A stretch of 62,577 bases of DNA, filler included, from a bacterium (GTDB lineage Bacteria > JALSQH01), in assembly GCA_026985515.1 (NCBI GenBank). It is 7 parts of 7 records of this genome, joined end to end, with 100 filler letters (N's around TTAATTAATTAA, not from the genome) between each part and the next. Parts side by side here need not be neighbours in the genome. Positions count along the whole stretch, not along the records: positions 1 to 13,157 come from JALSQH010000110.1; 6 more parts are not named here. One strand, written 5' to 3'. Below are positions 1 to 10,278 of the stretch, piece after piece (position 1 is the first letter of the stretch; each line of letters opens with the position of its first letter). Below the pieces are notes generated by a model. That model was given only the letters and a program-made list of their open reading frames with translations, was not told where the DNA came from and searched no databases. The position numbers were made by a program, and so were the translations under genes.

Positions 1-1050
1 ATGATGGGTCCGGGAGCTGCAGGTACGGCTTATATTCCCGGTCTTGCAGATTTTGTTCCCATGGTTAAAGGGACAAGCAGTATGGCTTTAGGTGGTCCGC
101 CTCTTGTGAGGGCTGTTGTTCATGAGGATATTACAGAAGAAGAGCTGGGAGGTTCAAAGATCCATAATGAGATCAGTGGTTGTGCTGATCTTGAGGTGGA
201 AAATGATGAAGAAATGATAAAAGTCATAAAGAAATATCTGAGTTATTTCCCTCAGCATAACGGAGAATTACCACCAAAGATGGAGTATCCACCAGATCAG
301 GATCCCAATAATATGAGCGATAAAATTCTGGATCTGATACCTGAGAATCCGAGACAGGCATTTAATATGAAAAGATTAATAAAATATATTGTGGATTTTG
401 GGGATTTCTTTGAGATTAAGCCCAAATGGGCAAAGAATATTATTGTTGGTTTTGCCAGAATAGGGGGTTATCCCATAGGTATTGTTGCCAATAATCCAAT
501 GTTTTTAGGTGGAGCTCTCGATGTTAATGCGTCAGATAAGGCTGCCAGATTTATCATGCTTTGTGATGCCTTCAATATTCCTCTTCTTTTTCTTCACGAT
601 GTGCCTGGTTTTATGGTTGGATCCAAAGTTGAAAGGGAGGGTATTATTCGTCATGGTGCAAAGATGCTCTACGCAGTTTCAGAGGCAACAGTGCCGAAAT
701 TTTCAGTGGTTGTTCGTAAATCTTATGGTGCAGGATACTACGTGATGTGTGGTAGGGCATTTGAACCTGATCTGATTGTTGCTTATCCAGGTGCTGAAAT
801 TTCAGTTATGGGTGCAGAAGGTATGGTGGGCATCATGTCCAGGAAATTTGATATGCCCGAAGAGGTCAAAAAACAGATCATTGAGCAAATTAAGCCGTAC
901 ATCAATGCATACAAATCTGCAGGATGGGGTTACATTGACGATGTGATAGATCCAAGAGAAACACGCGATATACTTATCAAAGCTCTTGAATTTACCAGAA
1001 ATAAACAGGTGCTCAGGCCAAAGAAGAAACATGGTGTAATGCCTGTTTAA
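1..1050 (+). CDS. Acyl-CoA carboxylase carboxyltransferase (beta) subunit, 5' partial
   Basis: GPGAAGTAY, DVPGFMVG, GIIRHGAKMLYA, RKSYGAGY, DDVIDPRETR, KKHGVMPV motifs of PccB-type carboxyltransferases. Confidence 0.93.
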   Translation: MMGPGAAGTAYIPGLADFVPMVKGTSSMALGGPPLVRAVVHEDITEEELGGSKIHNEISGCADLEVENDEEMIKVIKKYLSYFPQHNGELPPKMEYPPDQDPNNMSDKILDLIPENPRQAFNMKRLIKYIVDFGDFFEIKPKWAKNIIVGFARIGGYPIGIVANNPMFLGGALDVNASDKAARFIMLCDAFNIPLLFLHDVPGFMVGSKVEREGIIRHGAKMLYAVSEATVPKFSVVVRKSYGAGYYVMCGRAFEPDLIVAYPGAEISVMGAEGMVGIMSRKFDMPEEVKKQIIEQIKPYINAYKSAGWGYIDDVIDPRETRDILIKALEFTRNKQVLRPKKKHGVMPV

Positions 1051-3743
1051 ATAAAAGTTTTTATGAGGAAGTAGAGTTGATAAGGGGCTATCCCCTTCTC
1101 TTTGGGAAGGGGATAGCCCACATTAAATGTAATGGGGCCAAGTGGAGTTTTATATTTTAAACCCCAGCCCGCGCCAAATCTCAGAGTAAAATTCTTCATC
1201 TCTGTAAAGTTACTGGGCCATACATTTCCTCCATCATTGAAGATAACAAAAGCAAAGTGATCAAATAGGGGGAAATCTATATCCACCTGATAATCAAACA
1301 TGCTAACTCCTCCCATATGAAGATTCGCACCACTTACAGAACTGTATGTAGCAGAGATTGAATCTTCCGCATAACCTCTCAATGTATATGCACCACCAAT
1401 GTAAAATTTTAGTATATCTGGAAGGTAAATTTTGTTTGAAGAGTAAACTTCACCGGTTTTAACCACTATCTCTGCTGTGACCTTCCTTAAAGAGAGAAAC
1501 CAGGCAAATGTTCCTCTGTATCTGAAATAGTCGAAGTCTGAGTAAAGATTTTTCAAACCCAGATCCAGTGATAGTAACTGGTAATTACCCGATGTGGGCA
1601 TGAAGATATCATTTCTCCTGTCCCGTAAAAAAACCAGATCAAAGTAACCAAGAGTAAATTTTCTCGGACCCGTAAAATTTATGTCGTTTACCTGATAGAA
1701 GTTGTAATTGTCGAGTTCGTAGGTGAATGATAATTCAGTTTTCCCGGAAAATTTTTTAACGATGCCTGCGCCATTTTTGTTGACTGTGTAACTGTATCGG
1801 GTATATTTGCTGTTAATTTCAAGGCTTGAGAAAATCTGAGTGCTCAGGTTGTATCTTGGACTTACTGGCTCTTTGTAGAGGAATGAGATGACACCATATG
1901 AGGGTGGTGTCCACTGGTGCATCAGAGTTTGAAAGTTGCTGTAATCATATTCTGCTTTGTTGTAGAAAGTGATTCTTCTTATACCGCCAAGGAAATACCA
2001 GGTAGAAAATCGTATATCTGTACTGATCCCCTCTTCTGTACCCAGAGCAAAGGAAATGTCAATTGTATTACTCGGTCTTTCCTTTACATCTATGATCAAA
2101 TCAAGTTTATTCCCATGAGGAAGGGTTGATAGTCTTATTGTCCTGAAGTACCCTGTTTCGTACAATCTTGAATAAATGGAGAAATACTTGCTCTGTGAAA
2201 AAGCTTCTCCTTTTCTAATATTGATCTTTTCCCTTATAAATTTTGTGGAAACTTCTTTGTTACCCGAGACAAAGATTTCATCCCAGAAGTATCTTTTCCC
2301 TTCATTTATATAGATTGTCACAGTTGTACGGGCCGGGTCAGTGGTGGAAATAGAGTATCTTACCGAAACATCTTTGAATCCTGAGTTTTTATATAAACTT
2401 GATATTTGACTTACCCCTTTCTCTATCGCAAAAGGGTCAACAGGTTCTCCCTCTTTTAGTTTTAACAATTTTCTCAATTTTTCGTAAGAATAAAATTTTG
2501 CACCTGTTACCATGATATTGTAAAGGATAAATTGTTTTCCCTCCTGTACCGGAACAACAATTCTGAGCCTGTTTCCTCCGTAGATTAAACGTTCCCTTGC
2601 AATCTTTACCTGCAGGAAGCCATTATGTATGTAAAAAGATTTGACTGCCTCAATGTCTTTTTTAAATTCTTCAGGGTCATAACACCTGTGGAAGAAAAGG
2701 TTTAAAGGAAATGAAAAAGGCTTCTGAAACATAACAGATAAGAGTTTTTCTGAAGGTATTTTTTCGTTACCAGTAAAATGAATTTCGCTTACAGGTAATC
2801 TGGGACCCTCTCTAATAATGAAGTTATAAACTTTTATATGTTTTTTCTTCTTTTCCGTTTTTATTTCGATGTGTACCAGGGGAAAACAGTTTTTGTAGTA
2901 CATTTTTTGTAGTCTGTGTTTTAATTCCTGAATGTACCCGTAAGTTATTCTCTTTTTTTTGTTTAAGCCAAGTGTAAAAAATAGTTCTTCTGAAGTGAAG
3001 TACCTGTTACCGGTGAATCTGATTTTTATTTTTTCACCTGGAATAACAACTGCACAGAGAGAAACAGCTTTGATGTATCTGTCAACTCCACAGACCCTGA
3101 TTTCAACTCTGGGATTTAAATATCCTTTTTCCATCAGCTGCTCTGTGAGTCTTGAAATGAAAGAATCTATCTTTTTTTTGCTGTATTCTGTTCCGGTGAG
3201 CTGACTGAGTAATTTTTTGTATCGATCATCTCCCTCGTCAAGGTGGACATTGTAGATCCAGTAAGGAGGTCCCTCTTCGATTTCAATTTTCACTATTCCA
3301 TTTCTCCGGTCAAATAGAATTGAAGATTTACAGTCAAATAACCCCAGAGACGCTGCGTAATTTTTGATGCGTTCAATAGCATAGTCCCGGTAATATGCCT
3401 TCCATTCGTCATCTTCTGAGAAGGGTAAAAGTTTGAGCAACTGTTCTCTGGAAAGCCTGTAGTTTCCTGTAATGATAATTTTTTTTATGTAGGATTTTGC
3501 CACTGGATAGAAAAAAAATGTTTTCCCTTTTTTTACGATTATCAGGTTGGATAGGTTGTGCCGGAGTATCATAAGTTTCAAAAAGTTGTTTAAATCGTCA
3601 GGTGATAACGTTTTGCCTTCCAGTCCCTTAATTTCATTTTTTATCGCTGTGTCCGGGAGCTGTGTGGTTAAAATGACACGGGTTGTAGTTATGTGAAGTG
3701 AAAAAAATAAAATTAAACCTGCCAGGCTACCAGTTAAACTCAT
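1047..3743 (-). CDS. Omp85 family (BamA/TamA-like) outer membrane protein with multiple POTRA domains
   Basis: Repeated I-x-F/I-TGN...I-x-EG POTRA units, barrel motifs FYIGGAYTLRGY and GLKYKTPLGPI; start probably MSLTG (3743) rather than 3788. Confidence 0.88.
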   Translation of the reverse strand: MSLTGSLAGLILFFSLHITTTRVILTTQLPDTAIKNEIKGLEGKTLSPDDLNNFLKLMILRHNLSNLIIVKKGKTFFFYPVAKSYIKKIIITGNYRLSREQLLKLLPFSEDDEWKAYYRDYAIERIKNYAASLGLFDCKSSILFDRRNGIVKIEIEEGPPYWIYNVHLDEGDDRYKKLLSQLTGTEYSKKKIDSFISRLTEQLMEKGYLNPRVEIRVCGVDRYIKAVSLCAVVIPGEKIKIRFTGNRYFTSEELFFTLGLNKKKRITYGYIQELKHRLQKMYYKNCFPLVHIEIKTEKKKKHIKVYNFIIREGPRLPVSEIHFTGNEKIPSEKLLSVMFQKPFSFPLNLFFHRCYDPEEFKKDIEAVKSFYIHNGFLQVKIARERLIYGGNRLRIVVPVQEGKQFILYNIMVTGAKFYSYEKLRKLLKLKEGEPVDPFAIEKGVSQISSLYKNSGFKDVSVRYSISTTDPARTTVTIYINEGKRYFWDEIFVSGNKEVSTKFIREKINIRKGEAFSQSKYFSIYSRLYETGYFRTIRLSTLPHGNKLDLIIDVKERPSNTIDISFALGTEEGISTDIRFSTWYFLGGIRRITFYNKAEYDYSNFQTLMHQWTPPSYGVISFLYKEPVSPRYNLSTQIFSSLEINSKYTRYSYTVNKNGAGIVKKFSGKTELSFTYELDNYNFYQVNDINFTGPRKFTLGYFDLVFLRDRRNDIFMPTSGNYQLLSLDLGLKNLYSDFDYFRYRGTFAWFLSLRKVTAEIVVKTGEVYSSNKIYLPDILKFYIGGAYTLRGYAEDSISATYSSVSGANLHMGGVSMFDYQVDIDFPLFDHFAFVIFNDGGNVWPSNFTEMKNFTLRFGAGWGLKYKTPLGPITFNVGYPLPKEKGIAPYQLYFLIKTFI

Positions 3744-6700
3744 AGTAAAAATGTGGTGACACAGAAAAATTTCCAGGAAATGAACCAAGTTTATTGTCCC
3801 AGCCCACTCCCAGACGTATATTTTGACTTATGATGTAATTTATTTCAAGCTCCTGATAGTCAGAAGTTGAAAATGTTACTCCAAGTTTTGGGGAAAGCCT
3901 TTTGGTTAGTTTTAATTTAAATGTTGAGTGCTTTGAAACATCGGAGAATGAGGGAGAAATTGAAATAACATCAAATCCCATCAATTCTTCCATTTTCCCT
4001 TCCAGTGTTCCAAGCTGATGGCTGAAAATCAGATTTCCTGTTTCAACCACTCCTGTTTGTTTTCCGGTGGCAGGAGTAATGAGAGCTGATGTTTTTACCC
4101 CGAAAACAATCAGAGATATTATGTCGGTTTCCGATAGAGGTGGTTGTGATTCCAGCAGAACCCTTATATTGCTGACAGGTCCCTGTGCAGTTAAGTAGAT
4201 TCGATATGTGTAATTATCCTTCAGATCTTCAATTTCAGCGTTGAATCTTGCGTCTACAAAAGGATCAGGAGGGTACAGGCCCTTGAAATTAATTATACCT
4301 GTTTCCAGGAAGAATTTTCTTTCTCTGAAAATTATACTTCCTTTGAGTAAATCCACGGATCCCACTATTTTCATTCTGTCTGGTGTTCCCTGAAGAATCA
4401 GATCAAATTTTATTTCCATGTCAGCCAGGTTGTTTCTTATGAGGAATCCTCCTTTCGAAAATGTTTTTATATTGAGATGAAGGGATTCGTTTTCTTCATA
4501 TGGGGCGATATTTCTCTTTTTCCTTAAGATTTCTTCCTGAATATTGATCTTTCTTGTTACAAGACCCCTGATTATCTCCACATTTCCACCAAGTAAGGCG
4601 TTTTCAGGTGAACCTGTAAGGCTCAGTTCACCTCCAGCGGTAATGTCTATGCCTTCAAAGGCTGTTATTTCCATATCCTGAAAATCGAAAAATAAATTGT
4701 ATCCAGCAGGCCTGAAATCCTTTACAGGTATTTCTCCTCTGAGTAACCCGGTGCCATTTCCACTGGATACTTTTATTCCGCTCAAAATAATTCTGTTCTC
4801 AGTCACATCAATATCACCATTGAGAAGTACAGGTTGGGGAAAGTCTGAGAGGGTTAGTTTCGAATTTATGAATTCCAGTTTTCCTGATGGTGAAACATCA
4901 CCCCATGGCCCTTTTATCCCCAGATCGAAGGCGAGAAATCCACCTGCTGAACTGATTTGTGGGAAGATGGAAGCTGCATAAAAAAGGTCAAGATAACCTG
5001 AGATGTCAAAATTAATTTGTCTGAACAGGTTAATTCTGGAGTCGATGTATAATTCTCCCCCCGTTCCCTTAAGTTCTCCACTGGCAATAATAATATTTTC
5101 ACCTGCGACATCGAGACGGATATTTCCTTTTAATGAGAAGTTTTCTCTGCTGATAACCACTTCTTTCAATAGGGTTTCACCACCTGTAATACTGAAAGGT
5201 GTAAGAGTGCCTTTCAAACGACCTTTTATCCCTGAGAAGAGATTTACAAATTCCTCTGTTCCAAGATCTCTGCTCCAATCTTTTCTTTTGATATGAATCC
5301 CTGCTATCCATCTGTTTTTGGATATATATACCGCTCCACCCACACTGACGAATCTGTTAAAGAATATAACAAAAAGGTTCATATCAGTGAGTGAAGTGTA
5401 AATATCAGGCTGATGGATGCATATGTTTTTTACACAGATTTTAAAAAATCTTCCATGAGTTATCATCTGAGGGTTTGTGATATCACCCTCAATTTTAAGG
5501 GTTATTTCACCTTCATGGATTTTTACCATATTACCATGTGTGTATGGGAGATTACTTATATACGCAAAAGCTTTCATGTTAATTGAACCATCCTCTCCAA
5601 TCAGTCCCCTTAGAGTAAGTTTGTTCTTCCCCATTCTGAGAATAGTATTATTTACCAGGAATTTCCCCTTTTCTCCAGAAAGATTCAGATTAAGTGAGGC
5701 GTGATTGCCCCATATTTTTCCATTAAAGGATAGTTTCCCCATCAGAGTATGTCCTGGAAATGAGCCAGAGAGCTTAATTTCTCCATCAAGTTTACCCAGA
5801 ATTTTATATTTTCTGCTGATCTGGATGGCCTCTGCAGGAAAATTTTTCATAGATATCTGTATGTTACTGAATTTTTTGGGGGACAGGATGTTGATGAACC
5901 CACCTGCAAAAGCTTCTCCCTTCCCCTTTCTCACTCTCACTGCTAATCTCAAGATATTATCCCTGAGATTAAAAGGTCCATTTAAGAGGTCTGCAGAGAG
6001 AAAGGGTGATCTGAAGTTGCGGATTCCAATTTTTCCAGTGATTACTCTCTCTCCCGGATTTATTTTCCAGCTGATTTTACCAGTCGATTTACCGGAGAGT
6101 CTGGTTAAAAATAGAGAGGATAACTTTTTAAGGGAAAGATTTTCCATACTAAGATTTCCGCTACTTGCCAGGTCATCATATTTAAGAGAAAAATCTGTAA
6201 GTAAGAGTTTCTCTTCACCCTGCCAGATGAATTGAGAAATTTCTATGTGGTCAGCCAGAATTACACCCTCGGCATTAAAACTTCCCTCACCGGGGATTTC
6301 TGTATTTGCTCCATTATTAAGATAGAAGATGGTTCCACGGAAATTTTTTATTTTAAAGGCGAGCTTAAGAGGAGAGTATGTTCCGGTTAGTGAAATTTTT
6401 CCATCCCCTTTCCCTTTCAGTATCTTCTCTGTCCATGGTAGAAGGTGAAAATTTAGACCGGCGACTTCCATTCTGGTAGTGGAAAAAAGTGTAGAAAAAT
6501 TAAGAGAGTAAAAGCCTTTTAACTGGCCACCGGCATATGATATATTTAAGCTGGCAATTTTCAGCCCTGAAGATGTAATTGAGAATCTGGAACTGGTTAT
6601 GGTAAATTTTGCACCTTCAAGGATACCTGTGCTTTTTCTTATGACACCTCTCAACAAAAAAGGTTTTGTACCACCTGCAGTAATTGTTCCCCTTATCTCG

Positions 6701-7491
6701 GCTCTCCCATCTATCGAAGGATAGGGGAATAATTGTTCGTTTAAAAATCTTAAAGAAGAATTTAGTTTGAATTTTATCCTGATTTCAGGGGATTCAAGAT
6801 TTTTGATTGACAATGTATAATTTAAAAAGCCTTCAGGTTTTTTCAGAACGAACAGGCCATCTGATGTCCTGATAGTTTGTCCTTTCTTCGAAAGAAGTGC
6901 AGAACCTTTTAAAATCTCAATTTTCAGGGGACCCTCACTGAAAAAGCTTTCACCTGCATAAAACTTCCCCTTTTTTCTTCTAAGATTGAATGTGAGAGCT
7001 TTTATATTCAGAGAAGTGGAAAAACCATTTTTAACATTTATTTCAAACCTGAGATTTTCAATCAGAAGATCTCCAATTTTAAGTGAAACAGTTTTGCCGC
7101 CCGGGGATTTCTTTTTAAAATGAGGGAAACCTATCAGGTTATAATTCTCGTCCATAGGAAGGTGAATTTTGCCTTTTCTTATGATGAGATGATGAATAAC
7201 AATTTTTTTTCTCATCAAAGCAAGTATGGAATAAACGACGGAAATATGGTGAATATTAAGGATTTCCGAATTTTCACTGTTTCGCAAAACAATGTCTGAT
7301 AGATCAACTGCGGGGTAAACAGGATAAAAATAGATATTACCGATTGAAACTTTTAATCCTTCCTTTGCTGCAACTGATGGGATTTTTTCAGATAAATAGG
7401 GTGCCAGTATGTAGTTTAGAAAAATATATTCACCTGCTACAAAAAGGAAAATGGCAATTATAAGATAACGGAAGAAATTGCGAATCAGCAA
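3727..7491 (-). CDS. tamB: Translocation/assembly module TamB-like protein
   Basis: N-terminal TM anchor, long beta-rich body, C-terminal DUF490-like segment (LESQPPLSETDIISLIVFG); overlaps Omp85 gene. Confidence 0.85.
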   Translation of the reverse strand: MLIRNFFRYLIIAIFLFVAGEYIFLNYILAPYLSEKIPSVAAKEGLKVSIGNIYFYPVYPAVDLSDIVLRNSENSEILNIHHISVVYSILALMRKKIVIHHLIIRKGKIHLPMDENYNLIGFPHFKKKSPGGKTVSLKIGDLLIENLRFEINVKNGFSTSLNIKALTFNLRRKKGKFYAGESFFSEGPLKIEILKGSALLSKKGQTIRTSDGLFVLKKPEGFLNYTLSIKNLESPEIRIKFKLNSSLRFLNEQLFPYPSIDGRAEIRGTITAGGTKPFLLRGVIRKSTGILEGAKFTITSSRFSITSSGLKIASLNISYAGGQLKGFYSLNFSTLFSTTRMEVAGLNFHLLPWTEKILKGKGDGKISLTGTYSPLKLAFKIKNFRGTIFYLNNGANTEIPGEGSFNAEGVILADHIEISQFIWQGEEKLLLTDFSLKYDDLASSGNLSMENLSLKKLSSLFLTRLSGKSTGKISWKINPGERVITGKIGIRNFRSPFLSADLLNGPFNLRDNILRLAVRVRKGKGEAFAGGFINILSPKKFSNIQISMKNFPAEAIQISRKYKILGKLDGEIKLSGSFPGHTLMGKLSFNGKIWGNHASLNLNLSGEKGKFLVNNTILRMGKNKLTLRGLIGEDGSINMKAFAYISNLPYTHGNMVKIHEGEITLKIEGDITNPQMITHGRFFKICVKNICIHQPDIYTSLTDMNLFVIFFNRFVSVGGAVYISKNRWIAGIHIKRKDWSRDLGTEEFVNLFSGIKGRLKGTLTPFSITGGETLLKEVVISRENFSLKGNIRLDVAGENIIIASGELKGTGGELYIDSRINLFRQINFDISGYLDLFYAASIFPQISSAGGFLAFDLGIKGPWGDVSPSGKLEFINSKLTLSDFPQPVLLNGDIDVTENRIILSGIKVSSGNGTGLLRGEIPVKDFRPAGYNLFFDFQDMEITAFEGIDITAGGELSLTGSPENALLGGNVEIIRGLVTRKINIQEEILRKKRNIAPYEENESLHLNIKTFSKGGFLIRNNLADMEIKFDLILQGTPDRMKIVGSVDLLKGSIIFRERKFFLETGIINFKGLYPPDPFVDARFNAEIEDLKDNYTYRIYLTAQGPVSNIRVLLESQPPLSETDIISLIVFGVKTSALITPATGKQTGVVETGNLIFSHQLGTLEGKMEELMGFDVISISPSFSDVSKHSTFKLKLTKRLSPKLGVTFSTSDYQELEINYIISQNIRLGVGWDNKLGSFPGNFSVSPHFYYEFNW

Positions 7492-7518
7492 TTATTGTCC
7501 CACATTCTGCTGATAGAA

Positions 7519-7593
<75 letters not shown>

Positions 7594-7604
7594 ATTCAGA
7601 ATAA

Positions 7605-7632
7605 ATTTTAACAAAACTTGAAGGTGTGTCAA
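7605..7632 (-). promoter_or_regulatory. Sigma70-type promoter for tRNA-Gly / tamB-Omp85
   Basis: TTGACA-16nt-TAAAAT with extended TGn, 11 nt upstream of tRNA. Confidence 0.6.
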
Positions 7633-7735
7633 GTTCAGAAATGCAGTAAAATGACCATTTTTTAGGCATATATCTGACAGGTTGTTTAAATTTTGTGTTA
7701 ATATGGAGGTTTCACCAGTTGTTTAGTGGAAAGGA

Positions 7736-7751
7736 TTGGCACAAAGATAGC
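7736..7751 (+). promoter_or_regulatory. Sigma54-type -24/-12 promoter
   Basis: TTGGCAC-AAAGA-TAGC (GG-N10-GC) 40 nt upstream of the 7792 start. Confidence 0.5.
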
Positions 7752-7791
7752 CCGAAATTAGATAAAAAGATATAAAGGAAAGGAGGGCGTC

Positions 7792-8472
7792 ATGAGGAAA
7801 AAGCTTTCAATTTTGTTACTTATTTTGCTTTTAAATGGAAAGGTTTTGTTTTCTTATGCTTTCAATCCATGGGGAGGAATTACAGGTAAGAATGTAATGG
7901 GAATCACACCATTCCTGTATTTTACTGATGATTTCAAAAGTATCAGCAGTGATTTTTTTATAAATTATGGTTGGAGTGAAAAAGGTGATATATTTGTGGA
8001 TGTTCTGCCTCTTTCCATAGCTCCTTCTTTTGGGTATGGTATCATAACTGTTATGCCGAGATATGAAGTCTGGTCAGACATAATCTTTGCCGTACCACTT
8101 TACATCAATGTGCATGATGGAAGTGTAAGTGGCGATGTGGCACTTCATTACAACAAATTTCTGAATGAGAAAATCCAGTTTCAATTTAATGGTGGATACT
8201 CTATTCCAACCCATGGAGGTAAAGGATCCGTTTATTCTTTTGCTGCACTTGATTACTATGTTGATAACTATCTTGGTTTCTATGTGGAAATTGATCCCTC
8301 ATACGATTTTGATGTTTCCATATTTGATGTGGGGATTGTTCCAGGAATCTACATTGCTTTTGATAAGGATCAGAAGCATTCTGTTTCTATTGGATTTTTA
8401 AATTCTTTCTCATCTGGTGAGTTCGAATTTTACGGAATAGGAATGTGGTACTATACCTTCTTTGAACTGTAA
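7792..8472 (+). CDS. Putative outer membrane beta-barrel protein
   Basis: Strong RBS (AAGGAGG), signal peptide, alternating aromatic beta-strands, aromatic-rich C-terminus (GIGMWYYTFFEL). Confidence 0.65.
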   Translation: MRKKLSILLLILLLNGKVLFSYAFNPWGGITGKNVMGITPFLYFTDDFKSISSDFFINYGWSEKGDIFVDVLPLSIAPSFGYGIITVMPRYEVWSDIIFAVPLYINVHDGSVSGDVALHYNKFLNEKIQFQFNGGYSIPTHGGKGSVYSFAALDYYVDNYLGFYVEIDPSYDFDVSIFDVGIVPGIYIAFDKDQKHSVSIGFLNSFSSGEFEFYGIGMWYYTFFEL

Positions 8473-8516
8473 ATCTTACTTTTTTCAGGTGATTGTGGTA
8501 TAATGATTCAAAAAGA

Positions 8517-8909
8517 ATGGTTAACAGAAGGGGAAAGGGAAAAGGCCGTCTTATTGCAACGGGGTTTGCCTCTCCCGCTGATGATTTTCTTGAGAGGCCT
8601 CTTGATCTCAATAGCTATATTGTAAAAAACCCATCTGCTACTTTTTTCTTTCGGTATGAGGGGGAGGGTTTTGATTTGCGGAATGTGATGAATGGAGATC
8701 TTCTCGTTGTGGACAGATCCCTGACGCCTGTTAGCGGTGATCTTGTGGTGGTTGTTTGCGGAGATGAGTTCATTTTGAGGGAAATTAAAATAAAGAGCAG
8801 GAAGATATACCTGCTGAGTGACACCGGTCTTGAGGATCCTGTTTTGTGTGGCAATTTTGAAATCTGGGGAGTGGTTACCCATATTATCAGAAATCTCAGG
8901 CATAAATGA
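8517..8909 (+). CDS. umuD: UmuD-like (S24 fold) DNA polymerase V accessory subunit, lacking catalytic Ser/Lys
   Basis: GFASPADDF-LDLN-PSATFF-GDLLVVDRS-IWGVVTHII; directly upstream of umuC; TGnTATAAT at 8496-8504 favours ATG 8517 as start. Confidence 0.85.
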   Translation: MVNRRGKGKGRLIATGFASPADDFLERPLDLNSYIVKNPSATFFFRYEGEGFDLRNVMNGDLLVVDRSLTPVSGDLVVVVCGDEFILREIKIKSRKIYLLSDTGLEDPVLCGNFEIWGVVTHIIRNLRHK

Positions 8910-8912
8910 AAA

Positions 8913-10175
8913 ATGAGCGAATATTTTGCCCTTGTAGATTGTAACAATTTTTATGTTTCCTGTGAGCAGGTCTTTAATCCTTCTCTCCGGGGAAAGGCTG
9001 TGGTTGTTCTGTCAAATAATGATGGTTGTGTGATCTCCAGATCTCAGGAGGCAAAGGCTGCAGGTATTAAAATGGGCCAGCCTTTCTTTGAAATTGAAAA
9101 AATGGTAGAGGAAGGCAGGGTTATTGCTCTTTCAGCAAATTTTACCCTGTATGGAGATATGTCCAGGAGGGTAATGGAAACACTTTCTTTTTTCAGTCCC
9201 TTTGTGGAGATTTATTCTATTGATGAAGCTTTCTTACTGCTTGATAATAATGATGTGGATGACCTTTTAAAATATGGGGAAGGTATAAAGGAGTATGTGT
9301 ATAGATGGACAGGAATACCTGTGGCAGTTGGCATAGCCCCCACCAAAACTCTTGCCAAGGTTGCCACATATATTGCAAAACATGATTCTCCGAAGAGCGT
9401 GGTTTTCATAAGAAGGGGAGAAGATCTTAATCCTTACCTTGAAAAGGTGCCTGTGGAGGAGATATGGGGGATTGGAAGAAGTTACTCAGAATTTTTGCAA
9501 TTAAAGGGAGTTAAAACTGCCGCTGATTTTGTTAAGTTGCCTGAACAGTGGGTGAAAAGGTACATGAAAATAAATGGTGTAAGAACATGGAGGGAACTGC
9601 AGGGAAAGAAAGTGTTTTCCCTTTCGGAGAGGAGCATAAGAAAATCTTTCATAACTTCAAGGACCTTTGGAGAACCTGTTGAGGATTTTGAGAGTCTGAA
9701 GTCTTCCATTATTACTTTTATGAAAATGTCAGTTGAGAGACTCAGGGAAGAGGGTTACCTTGCCTCGGAGGTAACAATATTTATTTCAAGCAGCCTGCAT
9801 GTGAAGGATATTTACAGGTCTGCCATTGTTGAAAATCTTCAGTCTCCCACAGATTACCTGCCAGATTTAATAGCCCCTGTGGAGGATATGTTAAAAAGGA
9901 TTTACAGGAAGGGAGTGAAATACAGAAAAGCTGGAGTGGTACTATCTGGATTGATAAGGAAGGAGAATTATCAGTATGAACTTTTTACACCAGCAGAGGT
10001 TGTGAGGAGAAAGGAGAATTTGATGGCTGCAATAGAGGAAATTTCTGGAAAATTTGGGAGGGACTCAATTAAACTTGGAGGAGAATCTCTATCCAGCAGG
10101 TGGAAATCAGTCCAGAAACACCTCTCAAGAAGATACACAACTTCCTGGGATGGGATTCCGGTGGTGAGGGGGTAG
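8913..10175 (+). CDS. umuC: Y-family DNA polymerase V catalytic subunit
   Basis: LVDCNNFYVSCE, VLSNNDGCVISRS, YSIDEAF, GIAPTKTLAKVA, C-terminal SRRYTTSW. Confidence 0.95.
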   Translation: MSEYFALVDCNNFYVSCEQVFNPSLRGKAVVVLSNNDGCVISRSQEAKAAGIKMGQPFFEIEKMVEEGRVIALSANFTLYGDMSRRVMETLSFFSPFVEIYSIDEAFLLLDNNDVDDLLKYGEGIKEYVYRWTGIPVAVGIAPTKTLAKVATYIAKHDSPKSVVFIRRGEDLNPYLEKVPVEEIWGIGRSYSEFLQLKGVKTAADFVKLPEQWVKRYMKINGVRTWRELQGKKVFSLSERSIRKSFITSRTFGEPVEDFESLKSSIITFMKMSVERLREEGYLASEVTIFISSSLHVKDIYRSAIVENLQSPTDYLPDLIAPVEDMLKRIYRKGVKYRKAGVVLSGLIRKENYQYELFTPAEVVRRKENLMAAIEEISGKFGRDSIKLGGESLSSRWKSVQKHLSRRYTTSWDGIPVVRG

Positions 10176-10221
10176 TTATCCCTGAATTGATATAAGGTAT
10201 TAACCAGAATAAGTGGTAAAC

Positions 10222-10251
10222 TTGACAGAAATTAAAAATTTGTTCTATACT
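10222..10251 (+). promoter_or_regulatory. Sigma70-type promoter
   Basis: TTGACA-18nt-TATACT upstream of RBS (AGGGGG) and ATG 10279. Confidence 0.6.
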
Positions 10252-10278
10252 TTTTATGAATGATAACAGGGGGTAAAA

